Positions 9,366 through 19,143 of a DNA stretch of 42,442 bases are shown piece by piece. The translations under genes and the position numbers were made by a program. Source of the DNA: an uncultured bacterium (GTDB lineage: Bacteria; Bacillota_I; Bacilli_A; RF39; UBA660); contig CASFKI010000022.1 in NCBI GenBank assembly GCA_949295285.1, forward strand, positions 1 to 42,442, read 5' to 3'. The notes under the pieces were generated by a model. That model ran no database searches, was not told the DNA's origin, and was given only the letters and a program-made list of their open reading frames with translations. Within the stretch, counting starts at the first letter, position 1, and every line of letters starts with the position of its first letter.

Positions 9366-10295
9366 ATGTCATTTACATCTAATATAAAAAATGAAATAAG
9401 TAATATAGAATATGGTGATTCTCAAACAATGGCAGAATTATCTGCAATACTAAATATAGGTGTTAAAATATTTGATGATAGATTTGAAATAATTACTGAA
9501 AATATTAGTGTAGCAAGAAGGATATATAAACTTATTAAAAAAATATATCATATTAATATTGAAATGGATAATTCTAATATAAATTCACTTAGAAAAAATA
9601 GATTAGTTTTATTGATTGTAAGAGAAAAAGTTAATTTTATATTAAAAGATTTATCTATAATCAATGATAATAGAGATAGAATTTATATACCATCTAAATA
9701 TTTAGTTGATGAATCAGAAGATAAACTTGCATATTTAAGAGGAATATTTTTGATGTGTGGTAGTATAAATGATCCAAAAAGAAATAGATATCATGCAGAA
9801 TTTGTATTATCTAAAGAAGATATAGCAGTTTATGTTAATAGTTTATTAAATGAATTTAATTTTAATAGTAAATTGATTAAAAGAGATAAAAATTATATGG
9901 TATATATAAAAGAAGCAGAAAAAATAAGCGATTTTATAAAGCTTTTAAATGCCACTACAGCGTTATTTTATTATGAAGATATAAGAATATATAGAGATCA
10001 TAAAAACATGACTAATCGGCTTAATAATTGTGAACAGGCTAATGTTGATAGAAGTTTAAATGCATCTAATGAACAATTAAAATTAATAGAAAAATTAAAA
10101 AAATTATATGATTTTGATTTAATAGATGAAAAAATAAGAATAGTTTGTATATATAAAGAAAAATATAAAGAAAGTTCTATGGATGAACTTGCAAAAATCA
10201 TAAGTAGTGAAACAGAAATACCTATAACTAAAAGTGGTATAAATCATAGATTTAGGAAAATAAAAGAAATGATTAAAGAAAAAGAAGATAATTAA
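9366..10295 (+). CDS. whiA: DNA-binding protein WhiA
   Basis: MSFTSNIKNE start, AYLRGIFL..GSINDP..YHAEF (LAGLIDADG-like), NRLNNCEQAN, C-terminal HTH TKSGINHRFRKI. Confidence 0.95.
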   Translation: MSFTSNIKNEISNIEYGDSQTMAELSAILNIGVKIFDDRFEIITENISVARRIYKLIKKIYHINIEMDNSNINSLRKNRLVLLIVREKVNFILKDLSIINDNRDRIYIPSKYLVDESEDKLAYLRGIFLMCGSINDPKRNRYHAEFVLSKEDIAVYVNSLLNEFNFNSKLIKRDKNYMVYIKEAEKISDFIKLLNATTALFYYEDIRIYRDHKNMTNRLNNCEQANVDRSLNASNEQLKLIEKLKKLYDFDLIDEKIRIVCIYKEKYKESSMDELAKIISSETEIPITKSGINHRFRKIKEMIKEKEDN

Positions 10296-10670
10296 TAATG
10301 ATACCATAATGCTAAGATATCATGTAGTGTTATTAAATTACTATTTATAGATAAAGAAGAAAGTTAAAAAGTTAAACGATAAAATGTTAAAAAAGACACT
10401 AATGTTATTAAAATATGTTTTAATATTAGTATAGTGAGTATTTATTGCTTTAAATTATCGATGGTAAAAGATATTATATTTTCTTTAATGAAATAAAAAT
10501 GTTAATTTATGGAAAAAGTTGTTAATTTTTGTGTGCAACTAAAAATACATATATTTTTATTGTTAAGATTAGCAAATGTATATGTGTAAATTTAAAAAAA
10601 CTTGATTCATATTTAAATTTAATTATATTTGATTGTATTTGAAAATAAACGTTAACTTAATTGTTAGATA

Positions 10671-10699
10671 ATGACAAAATTGATAATATTTGATATTAT
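10671..10699 (+). promoter_or_regulatory. sigma-A promoter for the uridine kinase-gap unit
   Basis: ATGACA-17 nt-TATTAT with extended -10 TG. Confidence 0.5.
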
Positions 10700-10724
10700 A
10701 TATATAGAATAAGAGGGTGAGTTT

Positions 10725-12368
10725 ATGAAGAAAGATGTGCAATTGGTATTTGACGATAGTAGGTTACTTGATATATATAAGGGTACCACTGTAAGAGAAG
10801 TACTAAAAGAACTTGGGGATGATGAAATAGTTGCACTTAAGATTAATGGGTCTGTTGTTAGTGCTGATTTTGAAATTAATCAAGATTCATACGTAAATTG
10901 TATAATGTTAAATGACAGAAGTGGTTTAAAAATATACATAGATGGATTAAAATATGTGTATATTAAAGCTATTAAAGAATTGTATGGTGATAAATCAGAG
11001 GTATTTATTAAACATTCTTTGGATAAAGGTTTATATACAGAAATTAAAATTAATAGGAAAGTTAATTCATTAGTAGTAAAAGAAATTAAGAAAAAAATGA
11101 AAGAAATATGTAATAAAGATATTCCTTTTAAAGAAATTAATGTTTCTAGAAATGATGCATTTGAATATTATAAATCAGTTGGTGAATATGAAAAGATGGA
11201 TAGTTATATATTTATGACTAATGATTCAGTGACAATGTATGAATTAGATGATGATTATAATTATTTTTATTACATAATGCCTGCTTCAACTGGTACATTA
11301 AAAAGATTCGATTTAACTCATGTAGAAGGAAATGGAATAGTTCTTAGTTATCCAATTAATAATAATGTTCCTAAGTATATACCTACTGGTAAAGTGTTAA
11401 ATGCATTTAAAGATTGTGAGAGTCAGCTTGAGAATGTTGGAATTAAATATGTTGGTGATTTAAATAGAATGATAGTTGATGGAAAAATTGCTGATTTAAT
11501 ACAAGAAAATGAAATAATATATAATAAAAATATGGATACTATTGCTAGCACGATAGTTAATAATAGAAATATTAAGTCTGTATTTATTTCAGGACCATCA
11601 TCATCGGGTAAAACAACAACGTCCAAGAAACTTGCTATGTATTTAAAAGCAAGAGGTGTTGATTCGTTTGTGTTATCTACAGATGATTATTTTGTAAATA
11701 GAGTAGATAGTCCAAGAAAAGCAGATGGTTCATATGAATATGAAATAATAAATGCAATTGATATAAAGCTATTTAATGATCATTTAAAGAAATTGTTAGA
11801 TGGTGAAGAAGTAGTAATTCCTACATATAATTTTATACTTGGTGAAAAAGAGTTTAAAAGAAATCCAATTAAGTTAAAGAAGAATCAAATTATTATTGTT
11901 GAGGGTTTACATGCTATTAGTGAAAAATTGAATCATATAATACCAAAGAAAAATAAATTGAAATTGTATATTAGTCCATTTACAACAATTGCATTGGATA
12001 GGCATAATCATATTTCTACAACTGATGTTAGATTGTTAAGAAGAATGATTAGGGATTATCAGCATAGAGGATATTCTGCTGAGGCAACATTAAATAATTG
12101 GATGGGTATGAGAAAGAGTGAGGAAGATTATGTCTATCCATATCAAAGGCAAGCTGATATAATTGTAAATACGTCTTTAGGATATGAAATTGGTGTATTA
12201 AGATTATTTGCAGAACCTTTGTTATATTCAATTAGTAAGGAGTCTGCTTATTATGAGGAAGCAATAAGAATATTAAAGTTTTTGAAAAGTTTTTTAAATA
12301 TACCTGGGGCTTATGTACCAAATGTAAGTGTATTAAGGGAGTTTATTGGTGATAGTTATTTTGAATAA
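10725..12368 (+). CDS. uridine kinase-family nucleoside kinase fused to a TGS/ThrRS-like N-terminus
   Basis: P-loop SGPSSSGKTT, STDDYF, IVEGLH, RLLRRMIRD, LREFIG; N-terminal ThrRS-like region. Confidence 0.88.
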   Translation: MKKDVQLVFDDSRLLDIYKGTTVREVLKELGDDEIVALKINGSVVSADFEINQDSYVNCIMLNDRSGLKIYIDGLKYVYIKAIKELYGDKSEVFIKHSLDKGLYTEIKINRKVNSLVVKEIKKKMKEICNKDIPFKEINVSRNDAFEYYKSVGEYEKMDSYIFMTNDSVTMYELDDDYNYFYYIMPASTGTLKRFDLTHVEGNGIVLSYPINNNVPKYIPTGKVLNAFKDCESQLENVGIKYVGDLNRMIVDGKIADLIQENEIIYNKNMDTIASTIVNNRNIKSVFISGPSSSGKTTTSKKLAMYLKARGVDSFVLSTDDYFVNRVDSPRKADGSYEYEIINAIDIKLFNDHLKKLLDGEEVVIPTYNFILGEKEFKRNPIKLKKNQIIIVEGLHAISEKLNHIIPKKNKLKLYISPFTTIALDRHNHISTTDVRLLRRMIRDYQHRGYSAEATLNNWMGMRKSEEDYVYPYQRQADIIVNTSLGYEIGVLRLFAEPLLYSISKESAYYEEAIRILKFLKSFLNIPGAYVPNVSVLREFIGDSYFE

Positions 12369-12380
12369 GGAGGAATAAAA

Positions 12381-13382
12381 ATGTTAAGAGTAGCCATTAA
12401 TGGTTTTGGTAGAATAGGAAGACTTGCACTTAGATTGATGCAGGATGATAAGGATATAGATGTGGTAGCAATAAATAATTTAAATTCAGATCCTGAACAA
12501 ATTGCATATTTATATAAGTATGATTCATCACATAGAACTAATAAAACTAAGATTAGTTATGATGAAAACAATTTAATCGTTAAAGGAAAAAAGATTAAGT
12601 TATTTGGTGAGGCTAATCCTGAGGATTTGCCATGGAAAAATTTAGATGTAGATGTGGTATTAGAGTGTACTGGGGTATTTACTTCAACTGAAAAGTGTAA
12701 GGCGCATATTAAAGCTGGGGCAAAGCATGTAATAATTAGTGCTCCTGCGAAGGATGATATTACTAAAACTATAGTTTATGGTGTTAATAATGATGAATTT
12801 TCGTGTGATGATTTAATAATTAGTGCTGCTAGTTGTACTACTAATTGTTTAGCGCCGGTTGTTAAAGTAATTGATGATAAATTTAAGATAATTAAAGGTT
12901 TTATGACAACTGTTCATGCTATGACGAATGATCAAGAAACACTAGATATTGCACATAAGAAAGGAATATATTCACGACGTGGTAGAGCTGCATCATTAAA
13001 TATTATTCCAACATCTACTGGGGCTGCATCACAAATTGGCAAAGTTATACCTCATTTAAAAGGTAAAATGGATGGTATTGCATTTAGAGTTCCAGTTGGG
13101 GATGGATCTGTTGTCGACATTACTTTAGAACTTAGTAAATTTGTAACTAAAGAATCAATAAATAATACAATAAAATCAAAACAAAGTAAGACATTGAAAT
13201 ATACTGAAGATCCAGTAGTTAGTAGTGATATTTTAGGCGAACAATGTGGTTCATTGGTAGATGGTCTTTTGACTAATGTTGTTGAAAGCGATGGAAAGCA
13301 ACTAGTTAAAATAGTTGCTTGGTATGATAATGAAGTAGGTTATACAGCCCAAATGATTAGAACTATGAAATTATTTAATTAA
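12381..13382 (+). CDS. gap: type I glyceraldehyde-3-phosphate dehydrogenase
   Basis: INGFGRIGR, catalytic ASCTTNC, TTVHA, WYDNE. Confidence 0.97.
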   Translation: MLRVAINGFGRIGRLALRLMQDDKDIDVVAINNLNSDPEQIAYLYKYDSSHRTNKTKISYDENNLIVKGKKIKLFGEANPEDLPWKNLDVDVVLECTGVFTSTEKCKAHIKAGAKHVIISAPAKDDITKTIVYGVNNDEFSCDDLIISAASCTTNCLAPVVKVIDDKFKIIKGFMTTVHAMTNDQETLDIAHKKGIYSRRGRAASLNIIPTSTGAASQIGKVIPHLKGKMDGIAFRVPVGDGSVVDITLELSKFVTKESINNTIKSKQSKTLKYTEDPVVSSDILGEQCGSLVDGLLTNVVESDGKQLVKIVAWYDNEVGYTAQMIRTMKLFN

Positions 13383-13404
13383 ACTTCTTTTTAGAAGTTT
13401 TTTT
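13381..13404 (+). terminator. intrinsic terminator after gap
   Basis: AAACTTCT-TTTT-AGAAGTTT plus T tail. Confidence 0.75.
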
Positions 13405-13471
13405 ATGTAAAGGTTTATTATAATTATAGATAAAATATTTATATTATAGTATAATTATCATGGAGTTTTGT

Positions 13472-16384
13472 ATGACAGTAAACATAAAAAAATTAAGAAA
13501 AAATTTATTATTTTTAATCATGTGTATTTTATTAATAGTAATTTTATCACTATTAAGTTTTTTACTTGATGAAGCGTCATATGATTTAGAAAAAGAATCT
13601 TTAAGTTCTGAGAATATTAATATAAATTCTCTTGTTATTAATGAAATAGTTTCGTCTAATAATGGTATTATTACTGATAGTGAAGGTAATTTATATGATT
13701 ATATTGAAATATATAACGGTAATAATGAAGATATTAATTTAAAGAATTATGGTTTAAGTGATGAAGAGCAGACAATTAAGTGGACATTTCCAGATGTGAC
13801 AATAAAAGCGAATGGTTATTTAGTGGTTAGTTTAAGTGGCAACAAAGATAATGTTTTAAATGCATCGTTTAAATTAAAATCTAGTGGTTCAGAGGTTGTG
13901 GCGTTATATAGGCCAGATGGTAAAGTAATAGATGGTATTGAGACAGTCGCTTTAGAATCTAATACTTGTATGGCTAGAAACCAAGATGGAACATGGGTAA
14001 TACAAGACAAGCCAACTCCGGGTTTTTCAAATAATGAACAAGGGCATAAAGAATTTTTAGAATCGTTAATTAGTGATGAAGAAAAGAGTATTGTAATTAA
14101 TGAAATTCTAGCTGATAATGAGGGTAACTTTAAAAATGGAAATAATGAATTTAGTGGTTATATAGAGATTAAAAATATATCCAATGAAACAATAGATATA
14201 ACTAATTATTCTTTATCTAATAGTGAAGATATTAGTTTTAAATGGCAGTTTCCACAAATGAAGTTAAAGCCTGATGAAGTTGTGGTTGTTTATACTTCTG
14301 GTACTAGTAGAAAGACGGGCGAATTAAATGCATCATTCAAATTAAAGAATAAAAATGGTGTAGCAATATTAACTAACAATAAGGGTAAAATAATTGATAA
14401 GATAAGTTATTCTAATTTAGCTAATGGGGTAGCTTATATAAAACAAGATAATGAATTTTTTAAAAGTAATTCTATTTCTCCTGGATATGATAATACAGTA
14501 GATGGAATTAATGATTTTCAAGAGAAATATTTAAAAAATCCTGATGATTTAATTATTAATGAAGCAATGAATTCTAATTATAGTTATCTTTCTCAAAATG
14601 GAGCTAATTATTATGATTGGATAGAATTATATAATAATACAAATAAAACAATATTTTTAAAAGATTATTGTCTAACCACTTCTTTAGATAATTCTTGTAT
14701 GTATAATTTAGAAGGTGTCGAATTAAAGAAGGGTGAGTATTATATAGTAATGGCATCTGGTGATACTAAATTATCTAATAATAAGTATAAACACACTAAT
14801 TTTAAGTTATCAGAAACTGAAAGTATATATCTAACTAAAGATGATAAAGTTATTGATTCTATGCTAATAACAAATGTTCCAAATGGTTATTCATATGGAA
14901 GGGGAAGTAAGTTTGGTCATTATTATTTTAGTAAGCCGACGCCTAGTAGTAAAAATTCAAATGGAATACAGACTATTTCTTATGAGCCATCAGCCTCTAT
15001 AGAAAGCGGTTTTTATGATGATAGTGTTAAAGTGTCTTTAAATGGTTATGGTAAAATATATTATACACTTGATGGCTCAACTCCAAATGAATCGTCTAAA
15101 GTTTACAGTAGTCCCCTTACTATAAAGGAGACTACTGTTTTAAGAATAATGAGTAAAGAAAGTGGTAAATTAAAAAGCGAAAATAAATCATATTCATATA
15201 TAATAGATGAAAGTCATAATGTGGCAGTAATGTCTCTTAGTATTGATCCGAATGATTTAAGAAAGGTAAATTCCAATACATCTTTAAATAGTAGCGTTAT
15301 CGAACCATGTGATGTTGAATTAATAGAAAAAGATGGAAGTGGTTTTAAAATTCAAGCGGGGCTTAAATTATTTGGCGGATCTACCAGAAGTTATCCTAAA
15401 AAAAGTTATGAGATAAAATTTAAAAAAGAATTTGGAGATACTGAACTCAATTATAATGTATTTAAAAATGTTGATAGTAGTGTGTATAATTCTTTAGTAC
15501 TTAGAACAGGTTCGCAAGATGAATTCGAGTATAATGATCAAAGAACTGTAATTAAGGATGTTGTTGCGACTTCTATTATGGCAGAGCATACAAATGTAGA
15601 TGTACAAGATTATAAATCTATTATTTTGTATATAAATGGTGAATATCATGGTATATATTTTATACGCGAAAAAGTGGATGAAACGTTTATAGCTAATCAT
15701 TATAATGTTGATGCAAATGTTGATAATACGAGTATACTTCGTATAGATGGTGAGATTAAAACTGGGAGTGATGATGAATACAATTCTATGATTAATTTTA
15801 TTAATAATAATTCTCTTAGTAATACAAATAATTATAATAAAATTAAAGAAAAAGTTGATATAGAAAATTTATGTGATTTTTGGATAGCTGAAATGTGGAC
15901 TGCTAATTATGATATTTTAAATGTTAGATATTTTTCAAATCCTAATGTTGACAATGGAAAATGGAAATTTATTTTTTATGATATAGATTCGGGCTTTTTT
16001 AGAACGACTAATAATTCATATAATGAGTATACTAATGCTTCTGGTATGGGGTATTGGAAATTTCCAACAACTTTACTTAGAAATTTAATGAAAAATAAAG
16101 AATTTAAAGAAACTTTTTTAGAAAGATTATCTTATAATTTAAAAAATACTTGGACATATGATAATGTAAGTAAAAAAATCGATGAAATAGTTAATGAGTT
16201 TGGAAAAAGTGAATTTGAAAGAAATGCAGAAAGATGGAATAATTCATATAGTAAATGGAATACTTCTATTGAAAGAATGAAAGAGTTTGCAAAAAAAAGA
16301 AATTCTTATATGATAAGTCAGGCTAAGTCTTATTTTGGCTTATCTAATAATGAAGTTGAGAAATATTTTGGTGATGTAGAGTGA
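13472..16384 (+). CDS. membrane-anchored protein with three lamin-tail domains, an Fn3-associated domain and a CotH kinase domain
   Basis: N-terminal TM; three repeats of (V/I)INE...(D/G)(Y/W)IE..N...(T/S)P(G/S); IYYTLDGSTP; CotH motifs GGSTRSYPKKSY, YINGEYHGIY..REKVD, NYD, WKFIFYDID. ATG 13472 follows GGAG (ORF track starts at 13460). Confidence 0.88.
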   Translation: MTVNIKKLRKNLLFLIMCILLIVILSLLSFLLDEASYDLEKESLSSENININSLVINEIVSSNNGIITDSEGNLYDYIEIYNGNNEDINLKNYGLSDEEQTIKWTFPDVTIKANGYLVVSLSGNKDNVLNASFKLKSSGSEVVALYRPDGKVIDGIETVALESNTCMARNQDGTWVIQDKPTPGFSNNEQGHKEFLESLISDEEKSIVINEILADNEGNFKNGNNEFSGYIEIKNISNETIDITNYSLSNSEDISFKWQFPQMKLKPDEVVVVYTSGTSRKTGELNASFKLKNKNGVAILTNNKGKIIDKISYSNLANGVAYIKQDNEFFKSNSISPGYDNTVDGINDFQEKYLKNPDDLIINEAMNSNYSYLSQNGANYYDWIELYNNTNKTIFLKDYCLTTSLDNSCMYNLEGVELKKGEYYIVMASGDTKLSNNKYKHTNFKLSETESIYLTKDDKVIDSMLITNVPNGYSYGRGSKFGHYYFSKPTPSSKNSNGIQTISYEPSASIESGFYDDSVKVSLNGYGKIYYTLDGSTPNESSKVYSSPLTIKETTVLRIMSKESGKLKSENKSYSYIIDESHNVAVMSLSIDPNDLRKVNSNTSLNSSVIEPCDVELIEKDGSGFKIQAGLKLFGGSTRSYPKKSYEIKFKKEFGDTELNYNVFKNVDSSVYNSLVLRTGSQDEFEYNDQRTVIKDVVATSIMAEHTNVDVQDYKSIILYINGEYHGIYFIREKVDETFIANHYNVDANVDNTSILRIDGEIKTGSDDEYNSMINFINNNSLSNTNNYNKIKEKVDIENLCDFWIAEMWTANYDILNVRYFSNPNVDNGKWKFIFYDIDSGFFRTTNNSYNEYTNASGMGYWKFPTTLLRNLMKNKEFKETFLERLSYNLKNTWTYDNVSKKIDEIVNEFGKSEFERNAERWNNSYSKWNTSIERMKEFAKKRNSYMISQAKSYFGLSNNEVEKYFGDVE

Positions 16385-17067
16385 AAAAATATAAGTATAG
16401 ACATGAATTAAAATTTAAAATATCTATTAGTGCAGCAGAAGTATTAAAACAAAAATTATCATTAATATTAAATAAAGATAAATATGCTATTTATGAAGAT
16501 GGTTCATATTTGATAACTAGTTTATACTTTGATAATAGAGAGTCTTCTTCATATTATGAAAAATTAGATGGTGTATTATATAGAAAAAAGTATAGAATTA
16601 GAATATATAATAATGATGATGGTTTTATTAGACTTGAGAAAAAATTAAAACATAATACATATACTGCAAAAGAGCAGATGTTGATTTCAAAAGATATATA
16701 TAGTAAAATAGTAAATGGTAAAATCCTAAAGATCGATGATGCTAGTGGATTGTTATTAGAATTTATAAATGATTATAAATTAAAAGGATTGGTGCCATCT
16801 ATTATTGTTTCGTATCATAGAATTGCATTTACATATCCTATAAGTGATGTTAGAATAACTTTTGATTCAAATATTCAAAGTGGATTGTATAATTATGATT
16901 TATTTGATAATAGAATGCCTAAATATAATATAGATGAAGAAGGCAAAATTGTATTAGAAGTTAAGTTTAATGAAATTTTACCACTACATATTGCTAATTT
17001 ATTAAATGATATTCCATCATGTAGGGAAGCAGTTAGTAAGTTTGCAATATGTAGAAAAATAAAGTAA
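16381..17067 (+). CDS. VTC / polyphosphate polymerase domain protein (CYTH/TTM fold)
   Basis: RHELKF, SLYFD, RKKYRIRIY, LEKKLK, YHR, RITFD, VLEVKF, SKF; overlaps the CotH stop (GTGA). Confidence 0.9.
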   Translation: MKKYKYRHELKFKISISAAEVLKQKLSLILNKDKYAIYEDGSYLITSLYFDNRESSSYYEKLDGVLYRKKYRIRIYNNDDGFIRLEKKLKHNTYTAKEQMLISKDIYSKIVNGKILKIDDASGLLLEFINDYKLKGLVPSIIVSYHRIAFTYPISDVRITFDSNIQSGLYNYDLFDNRMPKYNIDEEGKIVLEVKFNEILPLHIANLLNDIPSCREAVSKFAICRKIK

Positions 17068-17080
17068 GGAAGTGTTTTCA

Positions 17081-17773
17081 ATGAGTATAGTAGATACAAT
17101 TAAAAAATCAGTTTTAGAGAATTTTACAGGTACAGTAACAGCAGGTGATATGTTATTGTCACTTATAGTATCATTTATAATTGGAATATTTATAGTATAT
17201 ATATATAGAAAAACTTATACTGGAGTTGTTTATTCTAAAGCTTTTTCTTTATGTATATTATTACTTGCCATGGTTACATCTATGATTATTAGAACAATTA
17301 GTTCAAATATTACATTGTCTTTAGGTATGGTTGGTGCATTGTCTATTGTAAGATTTAGAACTGCTATTAAAGAACCTGTAGATACTGCTTTTATGTTTTG
17401 GGGAATTTCTGCAGGAATAATGGCTGGTGCGGGTTTATATATTCCTTCTTTGGTGGCATCATTAGCAATTGGTGTATTATATTTTATTGTATATTTAATG
17501 GGATTTAGAGTGTCAAATAGATATTTATTAGTTATAAAATATTATTCTGAGGCTCATAATGATGTAATAAAGAAATTAAAAACTATTAAGAAATTTAAAA
17601 TTAGAAGTAAATCAATATTTTCAAATGAAGTTGAATTATCATTAGAAGTAGATATAAAAGAAAATAATAAATCTCGAGCTAATATTGAAACTAATATAGT
17701 TGATCAATTTAAAAATGTTGATGGTGTTATTAATGCAAGTCTAATATCATATCAAAATGATTTTGGAGATTAA
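17081..17773 (+). CDS. DUF4956 family membrane protein
   Basis: LSLGMVGALSIVRFRTAIKEP signature, several TMs and a soluble ACT-like C-terminus; usual neighbour of VTC genes. GTG 17072 is an alternative start. Confidence 0.9.
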   Translation: MSIVDTIKKSVLENFTGTVTAGDMLLSLIVSFIIGIFIVYIYRKTYTGVVYSKAFSLCILLLAMVTSMIIRTISSNITLSLGMVGALSIVRFRTAIKEPVDTAFMFWGISAGIMAGAGLYIPSLVASLAIGVLYFIVYLMGFRVSNRYLLVIKYYSEAHNDVIKKLKTIKKFKIRSKSIFSNEVELSLEVDIKENNKSRANIETNIVDQFKNVDGVINASLISYQNDFGD

Positions 17774-17778
17774 TAATT

Positions 17779-19143
17779 ATGGCTAAGCGTAAAGTACTTA
17801 AAATAACACCAATTTTAGTGATTATAAATATCATTATATTAATTATAATCGCTGGATTTTATATATTCAGATTAGTTAAATATTATAGATTAGAAAATGT
17901 TCATAAGCCAAATGAAAAAATTTTATTAGTTAATAAACTAATAAAAACACAAAGTTACATTGATTTATCTAAAGGTCTTGTGTTTGATGATGAGACGAAT
18001 ACTTATGTATATAAGGGAAAAGTAGATAACAATTATGTATTTTATTCTGGAATATTGTTTAGAATATTGTCAATAGATGAAAATAAAAATATTAAGATGG
18101 TTAGTGATAACCCAGTAACATTAATGTATTCCGGTCTTGAAAAAGGATATAATAATTCTTATGTTAATAAATGGCTAAATAAAAGCGATGTTGAGAATAC
18201 TGGTATATTTGAAAAAATATTATATGATAGTGATAAATATCTTGTTAATAGTAATTTATGTGTTGATGTTGTTGATGATATTTCAAATAGTACATGTAAT
18301 AGTATAAGTAGTGATAATAAGATTGTTATATTATCATTAAATGATTATAAAGCTGCAGGTGGTCAAAATAGTTTTATTAATAATAATAGTTCTTATTATT
18401 TAAGTGATATTAATTCTAGTAATGATAATTACTATGTTAATAATGAAGGTGAAATTGGATTGGATCTTCCAACTAGAATACATGGAGTTAGACCTGTTAT
18501 AACTATTAGTGCCAATACTGAATTTTTAAGTGGCAATGGTAGTATTAATGAACCATATAAATTTGAAGAGCATAATGTATCTACATTAGCAGATACTTAT
18601 GTTGGTGATATAATAAGTATAGATGATATAAATTATAAAGTTGTTTATAAAGATGAAAATACCGTTAAGATAGTATTAAATGATGTTTATAGTGAAAATG
18701 ATAGTCCTACTTTAGTATATTTTGATAAGAAAAATAATGTTTATGATTCAAATAATGCATTATATGAATATTTAAATGATAAATACTTAAATACTCTTAG
18801 TATTAAAGATAAAATAATACCAAGAGATTGGTATGTTGGTAAATTAACTTTAGATAATTTAGATTATTTAAATGTTTATAAAAGTAAGTCTTATACTAAA
18901 ATAGGAATGCTTACTCTTGGAGATTTGTTTGTTAATGATTTAAATAATATTTTTACTTTATCAAGAGGTATTGAAGATGATACAATAATAAATATTATTG
19001 ATGATAGTGGTAATATATATGGTAATATGATAAGTAATAGACATTATGTTAGGCCAGCATTTAGTTTGAATGCTAGATTTAGTATTATTAGTGGAATAGG
19101 TAGTATTGATGGTCCATATGAAATAGGTGATATTGATGAGTAA
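17779..19143 (+). CDS. membrane-anchored protein with two tandem DUF6273-like domains
   Basis: N-terminal TM; repeat 1 NNYV..FRILSI..KMV..KWLN..LSLNDY..GVRPVI..GNGSINEPY; repeat 2 YKVV..KIV..EYLN..LTLGD..YVRPAF..GIGSIDGPY. Confidence 0.6.
   Translation: MAKRKVLKITPILVIINIIILIIIAGFYIFRLVKYYRLENVHKPNEKILLVNKLIKTQSYIDLSKGLVFDDETNTYVYKGKVDNNYVFYSGILFRILSIDENKNIKMVSDNPVTLMYSGLEKGYNNSYVNKWLNKSDVENTGIFEKILYDSDKYLVNSNLCVDVVDDISNSTCNSISSDNKIVILSLNDYKAAGGQNSFINNNSSYYLSDINSSNDNYYVNNEGEIGLDLPTRIHGVRPVITISANTEFLSGNGSINEPYKFEEHNVSTLADTYVGDIISIDDINYKVVYKDENTVKIVLNDVYSENDSPTLVYFDKKNNVYDSNNALYEYLNDKYLNTLSIKDKIIPRDWYVGKLTLDNLDYLNVYKSKSYTKIGMLTLGDLFVNDLNNIFTLSRGIEDDTIINIIDDSGNIYGNMISNRHYVRPAFSLNARFSIISGIGSIDGPYEIGDIDE

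Noticed and set aside
10560-10575. Rex operator TTGTTAA-GA-TTAGCAA
   Set aside because: Half-site spacing is 2 nt rather than the 4 nt expected for the 18-bp Rex site.
10296-10724. Replication origin, tRNA or CRISPR array in the long spacer
   Set aside because: No TTATCCACA-type boxes, cloverleaf or regularly spaced repeats are visible.
18370-18500. AAT-rich stretch as a possible DGR template repeat for the pilin variable region
   Set aside because: It is coding sequence with only remote protein-level similarity. A template must be near-identical to the variable region outside adenines.
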